64,000 nucleotides of DNA from NCBI GenBank assembly GCA_963761335.1, contig CAVXGR010000018.1, positions 480,001-544,000 of the forward strand. Reading direction: 5' to 3'. Within the stretch, counting starts at the first letter, position 1. Each line of letters opens with the position of its first letter. This stretch comes from an uncultured delta proteobacterium. Lineage in GTDB: Bacteria > Desulfobacterota > Binatia > HRBIN30 > BPIQ01. Position numbers and translations under genes: made by a program. This document shows, piece after piece, positions 38,652 through 47,318 of the stretch. The notes beneath the pieces are model-generated. The model searched no databases, was not told the origin of the DNA, and worked only from the letters and a program-made list of their open reading frames with translations.

Positions 38652-40055
38652 CTAGATGTGCAGTGCCCGGCCGTAGGCGTCGAGCACGGACTCGTGCATC
38701 ATCTCCGACAGGGTCGGGTGCGGGAAGATGGCCTCCATGAGCTCGGCCTCGGTGGTCTCCAGCGTCTTGGCAATGGCGAAGCCCTGGATCATCTCGGTGG
38801 CTTCCGCGCCGATCATGTGGGCGCCCAGCAGCTCACCGGTCTTGGCGTCGAAGACCGTCTTGACGAACCCTTCGGTATCGCCGAGCGCGATCGCCTTGCC
38901 GTTGGCGGAGTAGGGGAAGCGGCCGGTGTTGACCGCATAGCCGCGCTCGCGCGCCACCTGCTCGGTGAGCCCGATGCTGGCGACCTGTGGCTCACAGTAG
39001 GTGCAGGCGGGGATCCGCGTGGTGTCCATCGGGTGCACGCCCGCCACGCCGGCGATCCTCTCGACGCAGATCACTCCTTCGTGGCTCGCCTTGTGCGCCA
39101 GCCACGGCGGCCCGACGACGTCGCCGATGGCGTACACTCCGGGCTCGCCGGTCTCCAGCCACTGGTTGACGACGATGTGCGTCTTCTCGACCTGCACCGC
39201 GGTCCCCTCGATGCCGATGCCCTCAACGTTGCCGACGATGCCGACCGCGAGAATGACGCGCTCCGCCCCGATGGTAGAGGTCTCGCCGCCGCCCAGATCG
39301 ACGACCGCGGTGGCGCCTTCGCTCTCCCGGCGCAACGACTGAACAGCGGCGCCGGTGTGAATGGTCATTCCCTGCTTTTCGAAGGAGCGGCGCGCCGCCG
39401 CGGAGATCTCCTCGTCTTCCAGGGGGAGGATGCGGGGCAGCATCTCGACGACGGTCACCTCGGCGCCGAGATTGCGGTAGAAGCTGGCGAACTCGATGCC
39501 GATGGCGCCGGAGCCGATCACCAGCACCGAGCCCGGCATCGATGGCGGAACCATGGCCTCCTTGTAGGTCCACACCACCTCGCCGTCGGCCTCGATTCCC
39601 GGCAGAGTGCGGGCGCGGGCGCCGGTGGCCAGGATGATGTGCGTTGCCTGCAGATCGGCGACCGCGGCGCCGTCCTTGTCGACGTGCACCTTGCCGCGCC
39701 CGTCGAGGCGCCCGTGGCCGTCGAAGACGGTCACCTTGTTCTTCTTCATCAGGTGCCCGACGCCGCGTTGCAGGCGCTTGGCCACCTCGCGCGAGCGCTT
39801 GACGATCTTGCCGATGTCGAACTGGATGTCCTTGGCACTGAAGCCGAAGTCGTCGAGGCGGTGCAGGAGGTGGTTGATCTCGGAGGTGCGCAGCAGCGCC
39901 TTGGTGGGAATGCATCCCCAGTTGAGACAGATGCCACCCAGATGCGCGCCTTCAACCAGCGCCGTGCGCATGCCGAGCTGACTGGCGCGAATGGCGGCGA
40001 CGTAGCCGCCGGGCCCACCGCCGATGACGATCAGATCGAAGGAGGAATTCGCCAT
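38652..40055 (-). CDS. lpdA: Dihydrolipoyl dehydrogenase
   Basis: Motifs GGGPGG, GGICLNWGCIP and HPTLSE. Confidence 0.97.
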   Translation of the reverse strand: MANSSFDLIVIGGGPGGYVAAIRASQLGMRTALVEGAHLGGICLNWGCIPTKALLRTSEINHLLHRLDDFGFSAKDIQFDIGKIVKRSREVAKRLQRGVGHLMKKNKVTVFDGHGRLDGRGKVHVDKDGAAVADLQATHIILATGARARTLPGIEADGEVVWTYKEAMVPPSMPGSVLVIGSGAIGIEFASFYRNLGAEVTVVEMLPRILPLEDEEISAAARRSFEKQGMTIHTGAAVQSLRRESEGATAVVDLGGGETSTIGAERVILAVGIVGNVEGIGIEGTAVQVEKTHIVVNQWLETGEPGVYAIGDVVGPPWLAHKASHEGVICVERIAGVAGVHPMDTTRIPACTYCEPQVASIGLTEQVARERGYAVNTGRFPYSANGKAIALGDTEGFVKTVFDAKTGELLGAHMIGAEATEMIQGFAIAKTLETTEAELMEAIFPHPTLSEMMHESVLDAYGRALHI

Positions 40056-40090
40056 GATCCATCTGTAACCGACCCCCGCCGTGGAGGGAA

Positions 40091-40177
40091 GGATGGGGAC
40101 AGGCTACTTTTTCCTGTTTCCTGCCGCGACGACTGTTCTCGGCTGCGGCGGGCGGGAAAAGTGGCCTGTCCCCATCC
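40091..40177. repeat. REP-like inverted pair (GGGGACAGGCTACTTTT family)
   Basis: Arms 40091-40114 and 40154-40177. The same motif recurs at 53487-53647. Confidence 0.8.
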
Positions 40178-40187
40178 GCCTTCCGAA

Positions 40188-40216
40188 TTGACTTCCCCCG
40201 CCGGCCTTCGTACGAT
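40188..40216 (+). promoter_or_regulatory. Sigma70 promoter of glyA
   Basis: TTGACT, a 17-nt spacer and TACGAT. The predicted TSS coincides with the riboswitch 5' end. Confidence 0.8.
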
Positions 40217-40221
40217 CCCTT

Positions 40222-40292
40222 GGTCGCGACTGGCGTTCGGGTGGAATCGACCACCGGGGAGCGACGAAACAGCTCACACCGCGCGCCTGGGT
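40222..40292 (+). ncRNA. ZMP/ZTP riboswitch (pfl motif)
   Basis: GGTCGCGACTGGCG..GGTGG..CCACCGGGGAGCGAC, a linker, then ACCGCGCGCCTGGGT, matching the known consensus. It lies upstream of glyA. Confidence 0.9.
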
Positions 40293-40336
40293 GCCGGACG
40301 ATCAGTTCGGTTTTCGAATGAGGAGGGGCACCCATC

Positions 40337-41839
40337 ATGTCCGATTCGCTGCTGGATCGCTATCTCGAGAAGCGCGTTCCCGGTTACTCCGGCGCCAAGC
40401 TCTCCGCGGAGACGGTCGCCTTTGCGGCGGCGCTCGACACCGTCGGTCGCGTCGCTCCGGACGTGGTCGAATCGATCCTCGCCGAGCTGGCGGATCAGCG
40501 CTCCAAGCTGAAGCTCATCGCCAGTGAGAACTTCGCCTCGCCTGCGGTGCTGCTCGCCATGGGCAACTGGCTGAGCGACAAGTACAGCGAAGGTGCCCCG
40601 GGGCACCGCTTCTACGCCGGCTGCGAGAACGTCGACACCATCGAGTCGCGCGCCGTCGATCTGGCGCGGCGGCTGTTCGGCGCCGACCACGCCTACGTGC
40701 AGCCGCACAGCGGCATCGACGCCAATCTGGTCGCCTTCTGGAGCGTCCTCTCCACCCGCGTCGAGGCGCCGGTGCTCGCCCGCCTCAACGCCGCCGCGGT
40801 GACCGAGCTCTCGGCGTCGGACTGGGAGACTCTGCGCCAGGAGCTGGGCAACCAGAAGATGATGGGGATGGCACTCGACGCCGGCGGCCATCTGACTCAC
40901 GGCTTCCGGCCCAACGTCTCCGGCAAGCTCTTTCGTTACTGCTCCTACACCGTCAACCCGGAGACCTGCCTGCTGGATTACGACGAGGTACGGCGGCGTG
41001 CGGTCGAGGAGAAGCCCCTGCTGATCATCGCCGGCTACAGCTCGTACCCGCGCAAGATCAACTTCCGCATCTTCCGCGAGATCGCCGACGAGGTGGGGGC
41101 GACGCTGATGGTCGACATGGCGCACTTCGCCGGTCTGGTGGCCGGCAAGGTGTTCACCGATGACTTCGACCCGGTGGGCCATGCCCACATCGTCACCACC
41201 ACCACGCACAAGACGCTGCGCGGCCCGCGTGGCGGCATGGTGCTCTGTCAGAAGGACTTCGCCGAGGCGGTCGATCGGGGCTGCCCGCTGGTGCTCGGCG
41301 GACCGCTCGAGCACGTCATCGCCGCCAAGGCGGTGGCTCTCGTCGAGGCCTCGAGGCCGAGCTTCCGCGACTACGCTCTGCGGGTCACGGAAAACGCTGC
41401 GGCACTGGCCGCGGCGCTGATGGAGAAGGGCGTGGCGGTGGTCACCGGGGGAACGGAGAACCACCTCATGCTTCTCGATATGCGCCCCTTCGGGCTCACC
41501 GGGCGGCAGGCGGAGAGCGCCCTGCGCTCGGCGGGGGTGACGCTCAACCGCAACGTCATTCCCAACGATCCCAACGGCGCCTGGTACACCAGCGGCCTGC
41601 GCCTGGGCACGCCGGCGATGACCACGCTCGGCATGGGCGCCGACGAGATGAAGGAGATCGCCGCCGTCGTCCAGTCGGTGCTCGCCGCCACCGTTCCCGA
41701 GACGATCACCAGTGGCACCAACGCCGGCAAGCCCTCCAAGGCCAACTTCCGCCTCGATGAGAAGGTGCGCGAAGCCGCCGCAGAGCGGGCGCGGGATCTG
41801 CTGCAGCGGTTTCCGCTGTATCCGGAAATCGAGCTTTGA
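40337..41839 (+). CDS. glyA: Serine hydroxymethyltransferase (long, 500 aa form)
   Basis: Motifs [34 protein letters not shown] and [17 protein letters not shown]. Confidence 0.97.
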   Translation: MSDSLLDRYLEKRVPGYSGAKLSAETVAFAAALDTVGRVAPDVVESILAELADQRSKLKLIASENFASPAVLLAMGNWLSDKYSEGAPGHRFYAGCENVDTIESRAVDLARRLFGADHAYVQPHSGIDANLVAFWSVLSTRVEAPVLARLNAAAVTELSASDWETLRQELGNQKMMGMALDAGGHLTHGFRPNVSGKLFRYCSYTVNPETCLLDYDEVRRRAVEEKPLLIIAGYSSYPRKINFRIFREIADEVGATLMVDMAHFAGLVAGKVFTDDFDPVGHAHIVTTTTHKTLRGPRGGMVLCQKDFAEAVDRGCPLVLGGPLEHVIAAKAVALVEASRPSFRDYALRVTENAAALAAALMEKGVAVVTGGTENHLMLLDMRPFGLTGRQAESALRSAGVTLNRNVIPNDPNGAWYTSGLRLGTPAMTTLGMGADEMKEIAAVVQSVLAATVPETITSGTNAGKPSKANFRLDEKVREAAAERARDLLQRFPLYPEIEL

Positions 41840-41849
41840 AGATGTTGCG

Positions 41850-41931
41850 CGGTGGCTCGGTGCATCAGTATCTCGGTATCTCAGTGGCTCTGAGCCACCG
41901 AGTCACTGAGCCACCGAGTCACCGAGTCACT
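41850..41931. repeat. Inverted arrays of 8-bp tandem repeats
   Basis: Five degenerate CRGTRKCT-like units followed by five GAGYCACY units, between convergent glyA and bolA. Confidence 0.8.
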
Positions 41932-42199
41932 CCCACTCCTCTGGCGCCAGCGCTTTGATCGCCAGGGCGTGAATGTCGGCTTGCAGGAGCGCGCCGAGGG
42001 CGGCGTAGACGGCCTGATGGCGGGCGATGCGGCTCTGTCCGCGAAAGCCGTCGGCGACGATGAGGACGCGGAAATGGCCGCCGCCGGCGGCGGCGCCGGC
42101 ATGGCCGCGGTGCTTGTGGCTCTCGTCCTCGATCTCCAGGTGGCGCGGCGCGAAGTGCTCGCGCAGGATCGACTCGATCCGTTGCTGGCGCTCGCTCAC
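41927..42199 (-). CDS. BolA family protein
   Basis: Motifs DESHKHRGH, GHFRV, RHQAVY and IHALAI. GTG start at 42199 or 42208. Confidence 0.9.
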   Translation of the reverse strand: MSERQQRIESILREHFAPRHLEIEDESHKHRGHAGAAAGGGHFRVLIVADGFRGQSRIARHQAVYAALGALLQADIHALAIKALAPEEWE

Positions 42200-42204
42200 G
42201 CCGT

Positions 42205-43011
42205 TCACTGCGGATCGCGGAAGCGGGGAGGGCGTTTCTCCATGTTCGCCTGCACCGCCTCGATCTGGTTCGGCTGCCCGAGTAGGGTTCGCTGCAGCTC
42301 CTCCTCGAGGCGCAGCCCCTCCTCGGTGCGGGTGGCGACCGAGGCGTTGAGGAGGCGCTTGCCGGCGCGGATGGCGTGCGGCGACTTGCCGGCGATCTCC
42401 CGGGCCAACGCCAGGGCGTCCTCGCGCGGCTGCTCGCTGACGCGGGTGGCGAGGCCGAGCTCCGCGGCCTCCTTTCCCGAGACGATGCGGCCGGTGAAGG
42501 TCAGCTCCTTGGCGACGTCGAGTCGCACCAGGTGGCGGAGCGTCTGCGTGCCGCTCATGTCGGGGATGAGCCCCCACTTGATCTCCATCACCGAGAGCTG
42601 GGCGTCGGCGGTGACCAGGCGAATGTCGGCGCCCAGGGCGACCTGCAGCCCGCCGCCGAAGGCGACGCCGTGGATGGCGGCGATCACCGGCACCGGCACC
42701 TCGGTCCACACCCAGGCGGCGCGCTGCGCGCGGTTGGCGGGGCTGTCCTCGCGGCGTTCGAGCAACCCGCCGCCGGCGCGCTCGCTGCTGCCTGCCATTG
42801 CCATGAAGCTGGCAAAGTCGAGACCGGCGCAGAAGGCTCGCCCCTCGCCGGACAGGGCGACGGCGCGAACGGAGCCGTCATTGGCCAGCGTCAGCCCCGC
42901 CTCGATCAGGCCCTCGAACATGGCGCTGTCCAGAGCGTTGAGCTTCTCGGGCCGGTTCAGGCGAACATCGGCCACTCCGTTTTCGATCGAAATGGATACG
43001 CGTTCCGACAT
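42205..43011 (-). CDS. Enoyl-CoA hydratase/isomerase
   Basis: Motifs LNRPEKLNA, FCAGLD, GGGLQ and EIKWGLIPD. Confidence 0.93.
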   Translation of the reverse strand: MSERVSISIENGVADVRLNRPEKLNALDSAMFEGLIEAGLTLANDGSVRAVALSGEGRAFCAGLDFASFMAMAGSSERAGGGLLERREDSPANRAQRAAWVWTEVPVPVIAAIHGVAFGGGLQVALGADIRLVTADAQLSVMEIKWGLIPDMSGTQTLRHLVRLDVAKELTFTGRIVSGKEAAELGLATRVSEQPREDALALAREIAGKSPHAIRAGKRLLNASVATRTEEGLRLEEELQRTLLGQPNQIEAVQANMEKRPPRFRDPQ

Positions 43012-43026
43012 GGTTGGTCCGTGCGA

Positions 43027-43121
43027 GGTTGTTGGGTTGTTAGGTTGTCAAGTTGTTGGTTTTTCGGCGGTTCGCCCGAAGATTCTCGACCAACAACCTA
43101 ACAACCCGACAACCAACAACC
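43027..43121. repeat. Inverted arrays of 8-bp tandem repeats (GGTTGTTR / YAACAACC)
   Basis: Four units at 43027-43060 and four complementary units at 43089-43121. Confidence 0.85.
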
Positions 43122-43126
43122 TGTTC

Positions 43127-45052
43127 TCACGAGGCAGCGGCCACCGGCGCCTTCTCCTCGTCCTTGGCTGCGGAGGGCGCGGTCATGAAGCGGGTCTTGA
43201 AGTCCTCGGGCTTGAGGTCGAGGCCGATGGCGCCTTGCTCGAGCCAGACCTGCTCGCCCTTCATGACCGTGGCGGCGATCTTGTTCTTCACGTCGTCGTC
43301 GTTGCTCCACAGGTCCTTGAAGAGCTGCCGCACCTTGCGCTGCGAGCTGCGGCAGAAGAGATCGGCCAGCTCGTTGGCATGCTGTGCCTCGGGGTGGTGA
43401 TCGTCGCGCATGCGCCGTGCCTGCGAGAGGGTTGCCGCCTGCGCGAACAGCTCCATGACGATGTCGACGCAACGGAAGAGGAAGCCCTGCTTGCGCTCCA
43501 TCTTCGCCTGGTAGAGCGCCATGCCGTGAAAGCTGGCGCGCGCCAGCTTGCGGCAGTTGGCATCGACGAAGCGCAGGTGCCGGGCGAGCGGACCCCAGTC
43601 GTTGTAGCGCGTCACGTTGCTGGCGCCGCGCGTCCAGAGCTGCGGATACCAGCCGGCGTAGTAGCCGAGGATCTGCGGCATCGCCGACAGCTTCTCCTTG
43701 GCGCCGTTCTTCGGATCGATCATGGCCCCGGCGACCTGCAGGTGCTTGTCCACCGCCTCGCGGGCCATGAACAGGTGCATGACCTCGCTCGATCCCTCGA
43801 AGATCAGGTTGATGCGGCAGTCGCGCATGACGCGCTCGACGGGTATCGGGGTCTCGCCGCGGCCCTGCAGCGAGCGCTCCGTCTCGTAGCCGCGACCGCC
43901 GCGGATCTGCAGGGTCTGATCGATGATCTCCCAGGCGCGGACCGTGTTCCACTCCTTGGCGGCGGCGGCTTCCAAGCGGATGTCGTAGCCGCCGCGGTCG
44001 GCCATCTGACTGGCGAGCTTGGAGACCGAGTCCATGGCGAAGGTGGTGGCCGCCATGTCGGCGATGCGATGGGCGATCGCCTCGTGCTTCCAGATGGGCA
44101 CGCCCCACTGGATGCGCTCGGCGCTCCAGCCGCGGACGATCTCCAGGCACTGCTTGGCGATGCCGGCGCAGGCGGCGGGCAGGGTGAGGCGGCCGGTGTT
44201 GAGGGTGATCAGCGCGATCTTCAGCCCCTTGCCCTCCTCGCCGATGACGTTCTCGCGCGGCACGTGCACGTCGCGGAAGCTGATGACGCCGTTGGCCAGG
44301 GCCTTGAGACCCATGAAGCGCGAGCGGTGCTCGACCTTGACGCCCGGCCAGTCGGTCTCGACGATGAAGGCGGTGATTTTCTTGGTCTTGGGGTCGCGCG
44401 CCATGACCACCAGCAGCTCGGCAAGGGTGCCGTTGGTGCACCACAGCTTCTCGCCGTTGAGGACGAAGTGGTCCCCCTGCGCCTCGGCGGTAGTCGACAG
44501 GCTCGCCGGGTCGGAGCCGACGTGCGGCTCGGTGAGGGCGAAGGCGGAGATGGCTCCGGCGGCGCAGCGCGGCAGATACTTCTTCTTCAGATCCGGAGTG
44601 CCGAAGAGCTTGAGCGGCTGCGGCACGCCAATCGACTGGTGCGCCGAGAGCAGGGCGCAGATGTTGCCGTCGAAGGGGCCGACCATCTGCATCACGTTGG
44701 TGTACTCGCTGACGGTGAAGCCGAGGCCGCCGTAGTCCTTGGGAATCTTCATGCCGAAGGCGCCGAGCTTGCGCAGCCCGTCGAGGACGTGCTCCGGGTA
44801 CTCGCCGGTCTCGTCGATCAGCAGCGAGTCGACCTCGGTCTTCAGAAAGTGGCGCAGGTCGTTGTAGAACTTGGTGAACTCCGGGCGTTCCGCGCCTGCC
44901 GCCGGAAAGGGATGGATCAGGTCGAGCTGGAAGTTTCCGAGAAACATGTCGCGCAGAAAACCGCGGCCGGCCCACTCCGTCTCGCGGGCATCCTCGGCGA
45001 CCTTGCGCGACTCCTCTTCAGTCGTAACCCGTGGCTTGGTTGCTTCGCTCAT
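43127..45052 (-). CDS. Acyl-CoA dehydrogenase (long, VLCAD-like)
   Basis: Motifs AFALTEP..GSD, NGEKLWCTNG, LNTGR, QIRGGRGY and IFEGSSE. RBS-like GAGGTGGAG before ATG 45052. Confidence 0.93.
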   Translation of the reverse strand: MSEATKPRVTTEEESRKVAEDARETEWAGRGFLRDMFLGNFQLDLIHPFPAAGAERPEFTKFYNDLRHFLKTEVDSLLIDETGEYPEHVLDGLRKLGAFGMKIPKDYGGLGFTVSEYTNVMQMVGPFDGNICALLSAHQSIGVPQPLKLFGTPDLKKKYLPRCAAGAISAFALTEPHVGSDPASLSTTAEAQGDHFVLNGEKLWCTNGTLAELLVVMARDPKTKKITAFIVETDWPGVKVEHRSRFMGLKALANGVISFRDVHVPRENVIGEEGKGLKIALITLNTGRLTLPAACAGIAKQCLEIVRGWSAERIQWGVPIWKHEAIAHRIADMAATTFAMDSVSKLASQMADRGGYDIRLEAAAAKEWNTVRAWEIIDQTLQIRGGRGYETERSLQGRGETPIPVERVMRDCRINLIFEGSSEVMHLFMAREAVDKHLQVAGAMIDPKNGAKEKLSAMPQILGYYAGWYPQLWTRGASNVTRYNDWGPLARHLRFVDANCRKLARASFHGMALYQAKMERKQGFLFRCVDIVMELFAQAATLSQARRMRDDHHPEAQHANELADLFCRSSQRKVRQLFKDLWSNDDDVKNKIAATVMKGEQVWLEQGAIGLDLKPEDFKTRFMTAPSAAKDEEKAPVAAAS

Positions 45053-45210
45053 GCTCCACCTCTCTCGATCTGATTTGAATCCCTTCCCCCGGACGGGGCT
45101 GGGGCGACACGCCCGTTCCACGGTCGTGAACCGCGCCAGCCTAACCCGATCGCCGCGCTTTTCCAACCCCCGCGCGGCGGCCGTCTCGCCGCGTCCGGGG
45201 AGAAAAAGTG

Positions 45211-45574
45211 GAAGCGGCGTCCCGCCGCTTTGAACGGCTCGGCGGGGTTGCGGCGCCACGGGCTTCCCGCTGACGAGGCGAGACACCTCGTCTACCACGA
45301 GTAGAAGCGGCGTCCCGCCGCTCCGAACGTCTCGGCTGGGATGCGGCGCCTCCGGCTTCCCGCAGACGAGGCGAGACGCCTCGTCTACCACGAGTAGAAG
45401 CGGCGTCCCGCCGCTTTGAACGGCTCGGCGGGGTTGCGGCGCCACGGGCTTCCCGCTGACGAGGCGAGACACCTCGTCTACCACGAGTAGAAGCGGCGTC
45501 CCGCCGCTCCGAACGTCTCGGCTGGGATGCGGCGCCTCGGGCTTCCCGCAGACGAGGCGAGACGCCTCGTCTAC
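45211..45574. repeat. BIME-like array: four 93-bp units (A-B-A-B), each with two GTAG-type REP palindromes
   Basis: Units start at 45211, 45304, 45397 and 45490. GTAGAAGCGGCGTCCCGCCGCT reads on + and GTAGACGAGGYGTCTCGCCTCGTC on -. Confidence 0.88.
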
Positions 45575-45608
45575 TTTACGCTGCTCCTCCTGTGCTAATC
45601 TGCGCCAC

Positions 45609-47306
45609 GTGGGAAAGGGGTGGTGGTCGCAGCGACGGCTGCGGACGAAGATCTTTCTGGTGTTTGCGCCGCTCCTTCTGGGGACGTTGCTGCTGACGCT
45701 GGCGTTGACGCAGCTCGTGGTCAGCCGCCAGGCGGAGGATGCGCTGAAGAGCCAGCTGCGAGTGACCGGCGACGTCTTCCGCGGCCGCCTCGCCGAGCGT
45801 GCCGGGCGCCTGCTCGCGGAGTCGACGCTGCTGGCCAGCGATTTCGCGCTCAAGCGCGCCGTCGCTACTTACGACCCTGCGACCCTCGGCTCGGTGGCGG
45901 TCAACTACCGCGAGCGCCTCGGAGGTGACCTTCTGTGGATCGGCGACGACAAGGGGATCCTGCTCGCCGATGCGCGCGGAGCCCAGCAGCCCGGGCGCAG
46001 CCTCCGTGATTTCCCCCCGGTGGCGGCTCTGCTCGACGGCGGCAGGGCCGCCGCTACGGTCGCCTCGGTCGACGGCGCTCTCTACCAGCTTGCCACGGTG
46101 CCCGTGGAGGCGCCTGGCCTGATCGGTTTCATCGTCGCCGGCGAGGGCATCGATGACGATACCGCCGAGCTGCTGCGGCGGCAGACCGGCTCGCAGGTGT
46201 CCTTTCTGACCTCGAGCCGCGTCTTCGCCTCCTCGCTCGCCGCCGCCGAACGCCGACGCCTCTCCCCCGCGGCGCTCGTGGCGACCGCAGCCGCGACGGC
46301 GGAAAGTGCGCCCTTTCTCGCCGAGAGCGCCGGGGAACGCTGGCTATCGCTGCTGGTGCCCATCGGCGCCGTTCCCGAGCCGCTGTACGCGCTCGTGCAG
46401 CGCTCCTACGACCGCGCCCTCGAGCCGCTGCTCGCCCTGCGCCGCCGCTTCGTCATCATCGGTGTCGCCGCCTTGGCCGGCGCTCTGCTGATCGGTGCCG
46501 TTCTCGCCAACGGCATCGCGGCGCCACTCCAGGCGATGGTCGGGGTCATGCGCCAGGTGCGCTCCGGAGACCTGCGACAGCGTCTGGCGCTGCGCCGCGA
46601 GGACGAGATCGGGTACCTCGCCAGCTCCTTCAACGAGATGGTTGCCGGGCTCGAGGAGCGCGAGCGCATCAAGGATACGTTCGGGCGCTACGTCTCCCGC
46701 GACGTCGCCGAGGCGGTGCTGAGCGGACGCGTGCCCCTGCGCGGCGAGCTGCGCGAGGTCACCATCCTCTTTCAGGATATCCGCGGCTTCACCAGCCTGA
46801 CCGAGAAGAGCAACCCCGAAGAGCTGGTCGGCATCCTCAACCGCTTCTTTACGGAGATGGTGGCCGCGGTGGAGGCGCAGGGCGGTGTGGTGCGCCAGTT
46901 CACCGGCGACGGCGTGATGGCGATGTTCGGGGCCCCAGTCACCCACGCGGACGATCCGCCGCGCGCCGTGCGCGCCGGGCTCGATATGCTGCACCGCCTC
47001 GAGGCTCTGAACCGCCGCCTCGAGGGCGAGGGCTGGCCGCCTCTGCGAATCGGCATCGGCATCCACACCGGGGACGTCGTGGCCGGGCAGCTCGGTCCCG
47101 ACGAGCGCATCGAGTACTCGGTCATCGGCGACGCCGTGAACGTCGCCAGCCGCATCGAGAGCCTGACCAAGGAGATGGGGGCGACCCTGCTGGTGTCGCA
47201 GGTGACCGCCGCCCGGCTCGGCGGCGAGTTCCGCCTCGGCCGCCGCGTCGTCCTTCCCATCCGCGGCAAGGAGCAGCCCGTGGAGATCGTCGAGGTGGTG
47301 GGCTGA
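45609..47306 (+). CDS. Membrane class III nucleotidyl cyclase with a Cache-like sensor and HAMP domain
   Basis: Two TM helices, HAMP (REDEIGYLASSFNEM), FQDIRGFT, FTGDG, GIHTG and GDAVNVASR. Confidence 0.92.
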   Translation: MGKGWWSQRRLRTKIFLVFAPLLLGTLLLTLALTQLVVSRQAEDALKSQLRVTGDVFRGRLAERAGRLLAESTLLASDFALKRAVATYDPATLGSVAVNYRERLGGDLLWIGDDKGILLADARGAQQPGRSLRDFPPVAALLDGGRAAATVASVDGALYQLATVPVEAPGLIGFIVAGEGIDDDTAELLRRQTGSQVSFLTSSRVFASSLAAAERRRLSPAALVATAAATAESAPFLAESAGERWLSLLVPIGAVPEPLYALVQRSYDRALEPLLALRRRFVIIGVAALAGALLIGAVLANGIAAPLQAMVGVMRQVRSGDLRQRLALRREDEIGYLASSFNEMVAGLEERERIKDTFGRYVSRDVAEAVLSGRVPLRGELREVTILFQDIRGFTSLTEKSNPEELVGILNRFFTEMVAAVEAQGGVVRQFTGDGVMAMFGAPVTHADDPPRAVRAGLDMLHRLEALNRRLEGEGWPPLRIGIGIHTGDVVAGQLGPDERIEYSVIGDAVNVASRIESLTKEMGATLLVSQVTAARLGGEFRLGRRVVLPIRGKEQPVEIVEVVG

Positions 47307-47318
47307 GCCGAGAAGGGA

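Noticed and set aside
41969..45073. 1034-aa plus-strand ORF
   Set aside because: It is an antisense shadow of the acyl-CoA dehydrogenase, hydratase and bolA genes, typical of high-GC codon bias, with no motifs.
45211..45574. CRISPR array
   Set aside because: The spacer-like parts repeat (A-B-A-B), the repeats are GTAG REP-type hairpins, and no cas genes are nearby.
45053..45853. 267-aa N-terminal extension of the acyl-CoA dehydrogenase (908-aa ORF)
   Set aside because: It is read-through of the 93-bp repeat array and overlaps the cyclase gene. A good RBS precedes ATG 45052.
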